Shown: positions 37,960 to 51,190, counted from the first letter of the stretch. The stretch: DNA of 64,000 nt from Octopus sinensis (GCF_006345805.1 NC_043026.1:3968001-4032000); one strand, 5' to 3'. Notes: generated from the letters alone by a model not told the origin. Program-made: numbers and translations.

Positions 37960-38522
37960 TCATCATCATCATCATCATCGTTTAACGTCCATTTTCCATG
38001 CTAGCATGGGTTGGACGGTTCAACTGGGGTCTGGGAAGCCAGGAGGTTGCACCAGGCTCCAGTCTGATCTGGCAGTGTTTCTACAGCCGGATGCCCTTTC
38101 TAACGCCAACCACTCCGCGAGTGTAGTGGGTGCTTTTTACGTGCCACCGGCACAGGGGCCAGATGGGGCTGGCAAATGGCCACGATCGGATGGTGCTTTT
38201 TACGTGCCACCAGCACAGGGGCCAGCTGAGGCTGGCAAATGGCCACGATCGGATGGTGCTTTTTACGTGCCACCAGCACAGGGGCCAGCTGAGGCTGGCA
38301 AATGGCCACGATCGGATGGTGCTTTTTACGTGCCACCAGCACAGGGGCCAGCTGAGGCTGGCAAATGGCCACGATCGGATGGTGCTTTTTACGTGCCACC
38401 AGCACAGGGGCCAGCTGAGGCTGGCAAATGGCCACGATCGGATGGTGCTTTTTACGTGCCACCGGCACAGGGGCCAGATGGGGCTGGCAAACGGCCACGA
38501 TCGGATGGTGCTTTTACGTGTA
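37960..38522 (-). mobile_element. Family E retroposon with 63-bp internal array x6
   Basis: GGTGCTTTTTACGTGCCACCAGCACAGGGGCCAGCTGAGGCTGGCAAATGGCCACGATCGGAT repeated at 38130-38519. Confidence 0.9.
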
Positions 38523-38680
38523 ACCGACATGGGTACCTACAATTTCCATTTGATTTTCAATTTGATGTTGGTGTTAACGTACCTGACTCAATATGTCTCA
38601 AAAACAGCGGGTCACTCTACAATCCAAGATTAGCACAGCAGGCCATCCTGCGAGCCATGGAGCCTTATATATTGCGAGCC

Positions 38681-38712
<32 letters not shown>

Positions 38713-38818
38713 TATATATATATACGGGAAGGTTTACGAAAATAACAAAAGACGAAGGCAGGTGGAGTACAAACAACAAATGTATTAGTATGGCGCTCAG
38801 GAATAGAAATAGAAAAAG

Positions 38819-38856
38819 TCTTTTACGTTTCGAGCCTATGCTCTTCGACAGAAAGA
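38819..38856 (-). ncRNA. Minimal hammerhead motif, family P2 (core CTGTCGA)
   Basis: TCTTT-CTGTCGA-A-GAGC-ATAG-GCTC-GAAA-C-GTA-AAAGA, inside a ~190-bp element (38724-38910) next to (TA)n. Confidence 0.6.
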
Positions 38857-39304
38857 TACACAGAAAAGAAACAAGGAGAGAAAAAAATGCGTGTAGGAGC
38901 TAACGCTCCATCATGGCGTTCTGACTTCAGTCAGAGGTCAGAGGTCAGACATTAGACGCTAGAGGGATAGTAGGGGAGATAACAGGGTCAAGTGACTTCG
39001 CCCCAACACGAAAGTGCATGTGTGTATAAGAGAGTATATATATTTATATATATATATATATTATATATATATATATTATATATATATAGGTTATACAAGG
39101 TAATGGTATCACTGAGACCCAAAGGTGTCAGGTAATGCTGAATAAGTGCTATAGACAGACCATAGTTAAATTCCAGGTTTGGTGATTTTGCGAATAAGGG
39201 GTTCAACGTTGGTTCTATGTCAGCGTGTGTATATAAGAATTTTTTGCATAATGAGATAAAAAAACCAAGGCTGTGTAGATATTAGAACATTTATAGATAG
39301 AAGG

Positions 39305-39356
39305 GTCTTACAGCTGTTTCGAGGATATTTATTAACTATATCCCTTCATCGGAGAC
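39305..39356 (-). ncRNA. Hammerhead motif, family P3 (core CCGATGA, stem III ACAGCTGT)
   Basis: GTCT-CCGATGA-A-G-GGATAT-AGTTAATAA-ATATCC-T-C-GAA-ACAGCTGT-A-AGAC. Confidence 0.7.
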
Positions 39357-39764
39357 AATGTGAGAGGATGGTTAAGTAATAGTTAATTTAGATGGGATAC
39401 AAAATAGAGAGTGAGGTAGAGGAATGAAAATAGATGTGAGATATGTAGGGATATTGAAGTTGTAGATCCATTTTTTAGGCAGAATGGTATAAATGTAAGA
39501 TTCCAATACCTTATGAGAAAAATCCAACAATATTTTAAATTGTTCATTCCAAATATTATACGTGGAATGAATAATAACCGCCCAAAACACCAATCGGTGT
39601 TTTGAGCGATTATAGTACCTTTCAGCATGTATGTATACAAATGTGCTGTAACTATATAGCATTAGAGCATTTTAGCTCTTATTTCTAGCAATATCAGTAT
39701 TTGAATACCCTCAGTGACAATTAGGGTTTCCTTTCATGGTAACAAATTGCACATGACTGTTTAT

Positions 39765-39874
<110 letters not shown>

Positions 39875-39880
39875 GTGTGA

Positions 39881-40220
39881 AGGCGCGTGGCTCAGTGGTT
39901 AGAGCGTCGAGCTTACGATCATGAGGTTGTGAGCTCGAATCCCGGACCGGGCTGCGTGTTGTGTTCTTGAGCAAGACACTTTATTTCACGTTGCTCCAGT
40001 TCACTCAGCTGTAGAAATGAGTTGCGACGTCACAAGTGCCAAGCTGTATCGGCCCCTTTGCCTTTCCTTTGGATAACACTGGTGGCATGGAGAGGGGAGG
40101 CCGGTACGCATGGGTGACTGCTGGTCTTCCTTAAAAAACAACCTTGCCCAGACCTGTGCCTCAGAGGGTAACTCTCTAGGTGCAAGCCCATGGGCAGTGT
40201 CTGACCGAGGGGGGTCACAA
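39881..40220 (+). mobile_element. tRNA-derived SINE family C
   Basis: TGGCTCAGTGGTTAGAGC A box, GAGCTCGAATCCC B box, CTTGAGCAAGACACTT core; tail pieces also at ~6155-6420. Confidence 0.8.
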
Positions 40221-40601
40221 TATATATATATGTGTATATATATATACACACACACACAAATATATTCCTTTATTCTTTTACCAGTTTTCAGTCAATTGAC
40301 TGTGGCCATGCTGGAGCACTGCCTTGTAGGTTTTTAGTTGAACAAATCGAACCTGAACTTATTTTTTAAAGTCTAGTACTTACTTATTCTATCAGTCTCT
40401 TTTGCCAAACCGCTAATGCTATGAGGATGTAAATACACCAACACTGGTTGTCAAGTGGTGATAGGGGACAAACACAGACACACAGAGATATATATACATA
40501 TATGTATATACGATGGGCTTCTTTCAGTTTCCCTCTACCAAATCCACTCACAGGGCTTTGTAATTGGAATGGGCCACAGCTGTCTGAGTATCAGTTCATA
40601 T

Positions 40602-41195
40602 CTATTTCTTTACTACCCACAAGGGGCTAAATACAGGGAGGACAAACAAGGACAGACAAATGGATTAAGTCGATTATATCGACCCCAGTGCGTAACTGGT
40701 ACTTATTTAATCGAGCCCGAAAGGATGAAAGGCAAAGTCGACCTCGGCGGAATTTGAACTCAGAACGTAAAGACAGACGATATACCTATTTCTTTACTAC
40801 CCACAAGGGGCTAAACATAGAGGGGACAAACAAGGACAGACAGAGGTATTAAGTCGATTATATCGACCCCAGTGCATAACTGGTACTTAAGTTATCGACC
40901 CTGAAAGGATGAAAGGTAAACTTGACCTTGGCGGAATTTGAACTCAGAACGTAGCGGCAGACGAAATACCTATTTCTTTATTACCCACAAGGGGCTAAAC
41001 ATAGAGGGGACAAACAAGGACAGACAGAGGTATTAAGGTGATTACATCGACCCCAGTGCGTAACTGGTACTTAATTCATTGACCCTGAAAGGATGAAAGG
41101 CAAAGTCGACCTCGGCGGAATTTGAACTCAGAACATAGCGGCAGACGAAATACAGCTTCGCATTTCGCCCGGCGTGCTAACGTTTCTGCCAGCCC
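40602..41195 (-). mobile_element. Family B SINE trimer
   Basis: Three bodies joined at GAAATAC|CTATTTC-type junctions. Confidence 0.85.
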
Positions 41196-41212
41196 CTCTC
41201 TAATACAGATTT

Positions 41213-41253
<41 letters not shown>

Positions 41254-41739
41254 TATATATATAATTATATATATATATTATATAATATATACACACCATA
41301 CATACATATGTATATACACACACCACAGGGAAAGGAGGGATAAAGAGAGCAAGGGGAGAAAAAGGAGGGGTGTGAGGTAGCTGAAAGTTACAAAAGCCTG
41401 TGGCGCACTTCAGATAACAAAAGGGTCACGTGCCACTGCAGAAGGGAGGAGAGAGAGAGAGAGAGAGAGAGAGATAAACAGAGAGAGTGAGGAGGATAGA
41501 AGTGTGAACAACCAGGGTGGAAAAACAAAAGAAAACAAAGCAAAAGAAAAAACAAGAAAAAGAAGGAAAAAAAAGGACAAGCTAAATGTGAAATGGTGTG
41601 ATGAGGTGTATGATATGGGGGGAGGTTGATCATTTTGGGGGTGGTTTAGAGTAGGAGAGTGGGGCCCTTCTGATGAAATAATTCAACAACAGATGGAAAG
41701 GCAAGCCTTACTTTCACCCCACATTCAGAGACACAACAC

Positions 41740-42545
41740 GGGGTGGTAGTGGTGGTGATGGTGGTTGGGGGGTGGTGATTGGAGGGGGGGTGATAATAGT
41801 GGTGGTGATGGTGGTGGTGGCGGTGGTGGTGGTGGTGGTAGTAGTGAGCTGATGTGAGGTGAGGAAGGGTGTTTTTCCGACTGGTGTTCATAGAGATGTT
41901 GATGATGGTTGCGGTGATGCTCTGTGGAGGTGGTGGCGGTTGTGGTGGTGATTATGGTGGGGGCAGCCTTACTGGTGATGGTGGTATTTGTGGTGATTTT
42001 AGTGGTGGTAGTGTTACTTATGATGATGGTTATGTTGCAGGTGTTAGTAGTGACTGTGATAATGATGAAGATGATGATAGTGACAAAGATGGCGAATGTA
42101 GTGGTGGTGATGGTGGTGGTGGTGGTGATGATGATGATGATGATGAGGAGGAGGAGGAGGAGGAGGAGGAATGGGAGAAAGAGGAAGAGGAGACTGAAGT
42201 GGAGGAAGAGAATGAAGGAGAGGAGGAAGAGAAGGGAGGAGAGGAAGGGGAGGAAGGGGAGGAAGAAAAGGGGGAAGAAAATGGAGGAGGAAGGTAGAGG
42301 AAGAGAATGAGGAGAAGGCAGAAGAGAATGAGGAGGAGGAAGGTAGAGTAGAATGAGGAGGAGGAAGAGTAGGAAGAGGAAGAGTAGAATGAGGAAGAGG
42401 AAAGGGAAATGAGGAGGAGGAAGAGTAGAATGAGGAAGAGGAAGGAGAAAATGAGGAGGAGTAGGAAGAGGAAGGGGAAATGAGGAGGAGGAAGGGGAGA
42501 ATGAGGAGGAGGAAGAAGAGAATTAGGAAGAGGAAGGGGTATTGG
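41740..42545. repeat. GGT/GAT/GAG trinucleotide low-complexity tract
   Basis: Direct inspection; source of the G/D/E-rich ORF 41869-42297. Confidence 0.9.
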
Positions 42546-42937
42546 TAACCAGTCAGGTATTTGACAGCTTTTCATTTATTTATTTTTTTTCTGCTTATTT
42601 AAGAAGTCAATAATGCAACAACTGCGAAAAAAAAAAAAAACCCACCACCACCACCTCCCCGCTGGTGAACTGGACTGGCTGGGTGTGAGTAGGGTGTGAG
42701 TAAGGGTGCGGTCAGTCAGGTCAGGTCAGGTAGAAAGCAGAGACAGACATTCTGGGTACAGAAGTGGATGTGGTTTGCTGAGCATAACAGCCTTTGTCAA
42801 ACCATTATTACAGTTTTATATAACAAAGAGCAAAACTAAATCCAGCAACTCATTATGAAACACACAAACACAACACAAGGCCACCCACCTGCTCATACAC
42901 ACCCTCTATATACACACACACACACAGTGTATGTGTG

Positions 42938-42982
<45 letters not shown>

Positions 42983-43419
42983 CATATATACACACACACA
43001 CTCATATATACACATACACATATTTACATACACACATATACACATTCATATATATATATATATATATGTAATATATACACACACATTTATGTATGTATGT
43101 ATGTATGTGTATGTATATATATATACATATATATATACACACATAAGCACATTCATATCTATATATACATATATGCACACATTCATATGTATATATACAC
43201 ATACACATTCATATGTATATATACATATACACACACACATCATAGGTTGTGATCTAGTAATCTCAAGATTAATCAGCCGAAATTACTACGATGATCCGGT
43301 TCTTGACTGAAGACTGAGGGGTTCGAATGTCCTGTCCATGTTTATTGTATCGTCTTCTATGAGTTATACGTTCTTGTCCATGTTGTATTTTTCTACATAC
43401 CTTAATATATATATTATAT

Positions 43420-43455
<36 letters not shown>

Positions 43456-43489
43456 CAAACATTTATATATATGCACATACACAATCATT

Positions 43490-43552
<63 letters not shown>

Positions 43553-43646
43553 GCAATTTATATATAAGATATATATACACACACAATGTACATTCATATA
43601 CATATGTATCTATATAAGTATATATATATGTTATATATATATATAT

Positions 43647-43709
<63 letters not shown>

Positions 43710-43813
43710 TTAATATATAACACACATGCACATTCATGTGTGTTTTTTATATGTGTACCGTTGGCGATTTTTTTTCCTCTGTCTTCCCTTCTCTGGATCT
43801 TTCCTTCTCCTAT

Positions 43814-43848
43814 GTTTCCGACAAAGAGCTCCGCTCGAAACGTTAAAC
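43814..43848 (+). ncRNA. Decayed P1 hammerhead motif
   Basis: GTTT-CCGACAA-A-GAGC-TCC-GCTC-GAAA-C-GTT-AAAC; G8 is lost. Host element 43737-43935. Confidence 0.55.
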
Positions 43849-44282
43849 CCTCCTTCTTTCCTGAGCGTCCAATAATACTATATTTGTTCCACGTCCTCGC
43901 GTTGTTGTGTTTTTTTGTGCTTTCTTGTTTGGATTAACTATATATACACACACACACACACATACACACATTTATACACCCTATTACACACAAGGATCAA
44001 ATCCCCTTAAAATATTTAACCATTCAATTTCACATGTACCACACACACGAGCATCTACAGCAGGGCATGTGCAAAAGAGGCTGCAATAAAAAAAAATACA
44101 CCAACCATGCTCCACTGGATGCGTAATACTTGTCTGCATCAACGACAAAGCACACACGAATCCTAGCAGTATCAGCTGTAGTGGGCAAGCGAAAAGCCTG
44201 TGTCGGTATGGACATGGGAAGAGAGTATGGATGACATCAGCTGGGGAATGAAAAACAACCAAGAGACCCAAGTAGAGGAAAC

Positions 44283-45213
44283 CCCAGAAAGAAATACCTA
44301 TTTCTTTACTGCCCACAAGGGGCTAAACATAGAGGGGACAAACAAGGACAGACAAAGGCAAAGTCGACCTCGGCGGAATTTGAACTCAGAATGTAGCAGC
44401 AGACGATATACCTATTTCTTTACTGCCCACAAGGGGCTAAACATAGAAGGGACAAACAAGGACAGACATAGGTATTAAGTCGATTACATCGACCCCAGTT
44501 GGAATCTGGTACTTTATTTATCGACCCCGAAAGGATGAAAGGCAAAGTCGACCTCGGCGGAATTTGAACTCAGAACGTAACAGCGGCAGACGAAATACCT
44601 ATTTCTTTACTGCCCACAAGGGGCTAAACATAGAGGGGACAAACAAGGACAGACATGGGTATTAAGTCGATTACATCGACCCCAGTTGGAATCTGGTACT
44701 TTATTTATCGACCCCGAAAGGATGAAAGGCAAAGTCGACCTCGGCGGAATTTGAACTCAGAACGTAACAGCGGCAGACGAAATACCTATTTCTTTACTGC
44801 CCACAAGGGGCTAAACATAGAGGGGACAAACAAGGACAGACATGGGTATTAAGTCGATTACATCGACCCCAGTTGGAAACTGGTACTTTATTTATCGACC
44901 CTGAAAGGATGAAAGGCAAAGTCGACCTCGGCGGAATTTGAACTCAGAACGTAATGGCAGACGAAATACCTATTTCTTTACTGCCCACAAGGGGCTAAAA
45001 ATAGAGGGGACAAACAAGGACAGACAAAGGGATTAAGTCAATTACATCGACCCCAGTTGGTAGCTGGTACTTTATTTATCGACCCTGAAAGAATGAAAGG
45101 CAAAGTCGACCTTGGCGGAATTTGAACTCAGAACGCAACGGCAGACGAAATACGGCTACGCATTTCGCCCGGCGTGCTAACGATTCTGCCAGCTCACCAC
45201 CCAGAAAGAAATA
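44283..45213 (-). mobile_element. Family B SINE pentamer with 14-bp TSD
   Basis: CCCAGAAAGAAATA at 44283-44296 and 45200-45213; one head and five bodies, one internally deleted. Confidence 0.9.
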
Positions 45214-45340
45214 GTAAAAGGCAAATGACTGGGAGTTAACTTCACACACAGGTGATGACAAAAAGAACGCAACATGTGGTGACGTGTTGACATGTGATAT
45301 TGGAGAGGGCTCACCCTTTAGCCCATGCAAGCACAAAAAT

Positions 45341-46714
45341 GGGATCTTTTCCTTTTGAACGGCAGTTTTTCAACACAATTTCAGTTAACTAACAACTCTT
45401 AAACTTCGTATACTGGATAGATGTGTTATAAAACATCATTTTCTCTGGTTTTATTGAGAAAATTCTATAGTTTGTAAGATGTTTCGTCTGAAAATCCGAG
45501 CATTTCGGCAATTTTAACCAACGATTACCTCCATTCAGCTAAAATCATTTGCTGCGTCTAAAACTGAGACAACATCCTGTGTGAAGATAGGGATCTATTC
45601 CTTGAACGGCAGGTTTCAACACAATTTCTAGTAACTAAACACTTTTAAACTTCGTATTACTGGTAGAATGTGTTTATAAAACATCATTTTCTCTTGGTTT
45701 TATTGAGAAAATCTATAGTTGTAAGATATTTCGTCTGAAAATCCGAGCATTCGGCAATTTTAACCAATCGATTACCTCCATTCAGCTAAAATCATTTGCT
45801 GCGTCTAAAACTGAGACAACATCCTGTGTGAAGATAGGGATCTATTCCTTTTGAACGGCAGTTTTCAACACAATTTTTAGTTAACTAAACACTCTTAAAC
45901 TTCGTATACTGGTAGAATGTGTTTATAAAACATCATTTTCTCTTGGTTTTATTGAGAAAATTCTATAGTTTGTAAGATATTTCGTCTGAAAATCCGAGCA
46001 TTTCGGCAATTTTAACCAATCGATTACCTCCATTCAGCTAAAATCATTTGCTGCGTCTAAAACTGAGACAACATCCTGTGTGAAGATACGGATCTATTCC
46101 TTTTGAACGGCAGGTTTCAACACAATTTCTAGTTAACTAAACACTTTTAAACTTCGTATACTGGTAGAATGTGTTTATAAAACATCATTTTCTCTTGGTT
46201 TTATTGAGAAAATTCTATAGTTTGTAAGATATTTCGTCTGAAAATCCGAGCATTTCGGCAATTTTAACCAATCGATTACCTCCATTCAGCTAAAATCATT
46301 TGCTGCGTCTAAAACTGAGACAACATCCTGTAACTAACCCTAAACCTCCCCCCTAACCCTAACCCTAAATTTTTTTTTCTTAATTGTTAAATTAATTTAA
46401 TGCCATTGCTTTAGTTTTTTTTACACCGTAACAATTAAGAAAAAAAAAATTTAGGGTTAGGGTTAGGGGGGAGGTTTAGGGTTAGTTACAGGATGTTGTC
46501 TCAGTTTTAGACGCAGCAAATGATTTTAGTTCAAAAGAGAGCATTGGATTGGTTAGAATTCGAAAAATTAAACTACGTTAAACAAATAAATTACAATTCT
46601 CTCAAGAAAGCCAAGAGAAAAAAATGTTTTATTTTGTCATATTCTACCAGTATAGGAAGTTTTAAAGTGTTTAGTTAACTAGAAATTGTCTGCCGTTCAA
46701 AAGGAAAAGATCCC
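45341..46714. mobile_element. Foldback DNA element with amplified left arm and telomere-like palindromic core
   Basis: TIR GGGATCTTTTCCTTTTGAACGGCAG; AAAAAT on both flanks; ~250-bp unit x4; 100-bp inner inverted arms. Confidence 0.8.
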
Positions 46715-46838
46715 AAAAATGTAGCTGAGTAAGCATGGCTGTGTGGTTAAGAAATTTCCTTCTCAATCCCATGGTTTTGGGTTCAGTCCTATGGTGGCAT
46801 CTTAGACAAGTGTTTTCTCCTATGGCCAACAGAATCAA

Positions 46839-47419
46839 CCCCTTACCCAACAATTATTTTGAAAATAAATGTATTTTTTCAGACATATTTTTTTTTGTTT
46901 TATTTTTACTTGTTTTGAATGGTGATTTCGAGGTATATTTCAAACCTTATTTATTATGAATTTTAATTCAATAATATTGATTTTAAATTACCGCTTTGGG
47001 CAGAAACGAGTTAACCCGTTTTTTTTTAAAATCATATTACTTTTACAAAAAAATCAGTATTTTATTTGGTTATCGACATGGTGGGGTTATAATATAAAGG
47101 TATAAAAAAAAACAACGTAAAACAAAGTGAATACTTCTATTCATAAAAGGTGCCTTCCAACCCTTCGACTGTCTCCAGGTGACTAAATCATACTCGGTCT
47201 TCAATGCCTTACTCAAGCGAAAGGTGGCAGAAATCGTCACTGCCAGACGTATAAAGTGAGCGAATATACTCGTATATGTCAAAAAAGAGTTTATAATAGA
47301 CGAAGGAACTCGTTTGCTGTCGATTTTGGCGAGTCTATCTTTTGACGAGTTAACTCCCCAGAGATAGAAAAAAACCATTTCGGTCAAAACGCATATATTC
47401 GTTTCTGCCGGGTAAGGGG
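46839..47419. mobile_element. piggyBac-like non-autonomous element
   Basis: CCCCTTACCC/GGGTAAGGGG 10-bp TIRs; flanks TCAA and TTAA; splits a family A SINE. Confidence 0.6.
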
Positions 47420-48002
47420 TTAAGTACTAGGCTTACAAAGAATAAGTCCTGGTGTTGATTTTTTCAACTAAAAACCCTTTAACACAATGCTCCAGCATGG
47501 CTGCAGTCAAATGACTGAAACAAGTAAAAGAATAGAAGAATAATGAGTTCAAACTTTGCCAAGGTCAACTTTGCCTTCCTCCTGGGGTAGATAAAAGGCA
47601 AAAGCATCAATAGAGGGCAATGAATTGACAGAACTGTAAGAAGGTCAGACTGGATGCTTTGAAGTATTTGTTCCTGCTTTATGATCTGGTTTCAAATTAC
47701 AAAGGTCAAATGTCAAGGTTAACTTTGCTATTTGACTCTTGCAAGATCAGAGGAGTAAAACACCAGACAAAGTACCGGCTTCTATATCATTGATGCGAAA
47801 TACTTCAAAGACAGCGACTGCAGTTGAAAGAGATTCTACACAGACTCTGTCTGTCTGTCTGTCTGTGTGTGTGTGTGTGGTGTGTGTGTGTAAGAAACTT
47901 GCTTCCCAACCACATGTATCTGGGTTCAGTCCCACTGTATGGCACCTTCGGCAAGTGTCTTCTACTGTAGCCTCAGGACGACCAAAGTCATGTGAGTGAT
48001 TT

Positions 48003-48218
48003 CATCATCATCATCATCATCATCATCATCGTTTAGCGTCCGCTTTCCATGCTAGCATGGGTTGGACGGTTCAACTGGAGTCTGGGAAGCCAGGGGCTGC
48101 ACCAGGCCCAGTCTGATCTAGCAGTGTTTCTACATCTGGATGCCCTTCCTAACGCCAACCACTCCGCGAGTGTAGTGGGTGCTTTTTACGTGCCACCTGC
48201 ACAGGTGCCAGGGGAGGC
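48003..48218 (-). mobile_element. Family E retroposon
   Basis: (CAT)n tail and conserved body. Confidence 0.8.
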
Positions 48219-48683
48219 TGGATTTGGTAGACGGAAACTGAAAGAAGCCCGTCGTATATACGTATGTATACTGGACATAAGTTTCATAAACTACAAAATA
48301 TAAATATCCACACTGCAACACTTGAAACGTATCTGTTATAAACTCTTTATCTCGATTTGAATGTACGTGAAGGTATTTAGAATGGCCAAACTTATTTCTG
48401 CAAATGTGCTAAGAACTGATGTTGATCAGAGTTCAATCAATAAGCATAGGAGTGAAGTAAATGCAGTAAAAATAGGGGGATCAGTGGGGCCCCCTTTAAG
48501 TGGCCCTTCAGAAATTGAACCTCCTTACGATACTCCCTGGGAGTTCGTGGTATGAAATTCATCATCATTGCTCCAATTTGGTCACCATTGCCATGTATTT
48601 AGTTTCAAATGCAGTAAAAATAGGGGGTCAGACCTTCCAGTCCTCATCAGGTGTCTTGTGAAAATTTCGAAGTTATTTTTCGA

Positions 48684-48756
<73 letters not shown>

Positions 48757-48827
48757 TCTGGAATCAAACAATCGGAATCTTGGGGTTAGTTCAATTCCAG
48801 TCTTGACCTGAATACTACGACTACTCT

Positions 48828-48927
48828 NNNNNNNNNNNNNNNNNNNNNNNNNNNNNNNNNNNNNNNNNNNNNNNNNNNNNNNNNNNNNNNNNNNNNNNNN
48901 NNNNNNNNNNNNNNNNNNNNNNNNNNN
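48828..48927. other. Assembly gap (100 N)
   Basis: Run of N. Confidence 1.
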
Positions 48928-49924
48928 GTTTCTCTTTTAGTTCAGCTGTGTTGTTTCCAAAAAAAAAAAAGAAAGAAGAAAAAGAGAGTGAGAGAGGAAT
49001 TGAATTAAAGGAATTGAATTAAATGAGAGAGAAAAGAAACGAAATAACAAGAGTAGACATCAACATGAAAAATATTCACAGATTTATTAAGTCGATTTGC
49101 TCGACTAAAGGCGGTGCTCCAGCATGGCCGCAGTCAAATGACTGAAACAAGTAAAAGAGTAAAAGAGTAAGAGTATATATATACGACGGGCTTCTTTCAG
49201 TTTCCGTCTACCAAATCTACTGACAAGGCTTTGGTCGGCCCGAGGCTATAGTAGAAGACACTTGCCCAGGGTGTCACGCAGTGAGACTGAACCCATATCC
49301 ATGTGGTTGGTAAGGAAGCTACTTACCACACAGCCACTCATTGACCACAATATACACACGCACACACAAACGTGTCTGTGTGTGTGTGTGCGTGTGTGTG
49401 TGTGTGTGTATTGTAGCAAGACACTCCTCCTATCAGATATCAACTGGGTTACACAGTTGCACCACATATACACACACATATACACAAACACACACATATA
49501 CACAGACACACACACACACATACACATACACGCGCATGTGTGTGTGTGTGTGTGTGTATTATCAAACGTGACAGTTCACTTTGAACTTTGCCGTCACAAG
49601 CTAACTCCAAACTGTATACAATATCTGTGTGTATTTGAGAAAGAGAAAGAGAGAGAGAATGCGTGCGCGTGTATATATTTGTTTGTGTGTGTGTGCAAGT
49701 TTGTATATACGTATATTTATATGTAAACGCATACGCTTAACTCTTTATAATAATCTTTTACTTGTTTCAGTCATTTGACTGCGGCCATGCTGGAGCACCG
49801 CCTTTAAGTCGAGCAAATCGACCCCAGGACTTATTCTTTGTAAGCCTAGTACTTATTCTATCGGTCTCTCTTTTGCCGAACCGCTAAGCGATGTTGGGGT
49901 GGGGGGATAAACACAGACACACAA

Positions 49925-49968
<44 letters not shown>

Positions 49969-50054
49969 ATATATATGTATACATATATGACAGGCTTCTT
50001 CAGTTTCCGCCTACCAAATCCACTCACAAGGCTTGATGATGATGATGACACACA

Positions 50055-50085
<31 letters not shown>

Positions 50086-50360
50086 ATCAGCCGAAATACT
50101 ACGATGATCCGGTTCTTGACTGAAGACTGAGGGTTTCGAATGTCCTGTCCGTGTTTATTGTATCGTCTTCTAGAGTTATACGTTCTTGTCCATGTTGTAT
50201 TTTTCTACATACCTTAATATATATATATATATATATACGTACATATATGTATGTATGTATGCATATATTTTATTTATTACACTAATATATATTATATATA
50301 TAATATATATATATATAGTATATATATATGTGTGTGTGTGTGGTGTGTGTGTGTGTGTGT

Positions 50361-50397
<37 letters not shown>

Positions 50398-50869
50398 ATA
50401 TATATATATATTATATATATAGAAAGGGCTTCTTTCAGTTTCGTGTCTAACAAATCCACTCACAAGGCTTTGGTCGGCCCGAGGCTATAGCAGAAGACAC
50501 TTGCCCAAGGTGCCACGCAGTGGGACTGATCCCAGAACCATGTGGTTGGTAAGCAAAGGTACATACCACAAAAAAAATTTGATGGGGTCGTACACATACA
50601 TACCGACACATCACCATATATCTACAAAAGTGAAACTTGAAATTTTGAAAAAAAAAAAAAAAAATGATATATATTTTTTTAGACTGAAAGGCGACTCGTG
50701 CAAATTTTCCGAACCTCCTCGACATGACCTCGGATGGGAAAAATGTTCACCAAAGATTCCCATGCAACTGGAGTCTTCACCATCTGAAGCATTTTTGTAG
50801 AAAATTTCCTTTAAGGAATATTCATTTTCCTGGAAGTTATGAGGAAACAAAGGGACGCCACTTGTGTAG

Positions 50870-50877
50870 GTATGCCG

Positions 50878-50908
<31 letters not shown>

Positions 50909-51083
50909 TATGTAAAAATATATATAATATATGTATATGTATATATATATATATGTATATGTAAAAATATATATATAATATGTATATGTATATATATATA
51001 TATTCCATCTCCTGAGCGCCTATTAATAATAATACTGTATTTGTTCCTGTTGTTGTTGTTTTTTTTGTTTTCCCTTTTGGATT

Positions 51084-51150
<67 letters not shown>

Positions 51151-51190
51151 GTATGATATATATATATATTGTATATATATATATATATAT

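Noticed and set aside
38006-38788. 260-aa ORF with 21-aa repeats
   Set aside because: Antisense read-through of the family E 63-bp array into microsatellite.
39882-39955. tRNA gene-like sequence (also heads of families A, B and D)
   Set aside because: A and B boxes are present but there is no complete acceptor stem, and each runs into a SINE body.
41869-42297. Acidic G/D/E-rich ORF
   Set aside because: Pure trinucleotide low-complexity tract, open in several frames, with no domain or splice support.
43265-43410. CTGAAGA...GAATGTC hammerhead-like motif (also 50085-50220)
   Set aside because: No stem I or stem II pairing in type I or type II order, and GAAA is incomplete in both copies.
46330-46490. 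Telomere or interstitial fusion site
   Set aside because: Only about three perfect TTAGGG units per arm, embedded in a TIR element; reported as part of the foldback instead.
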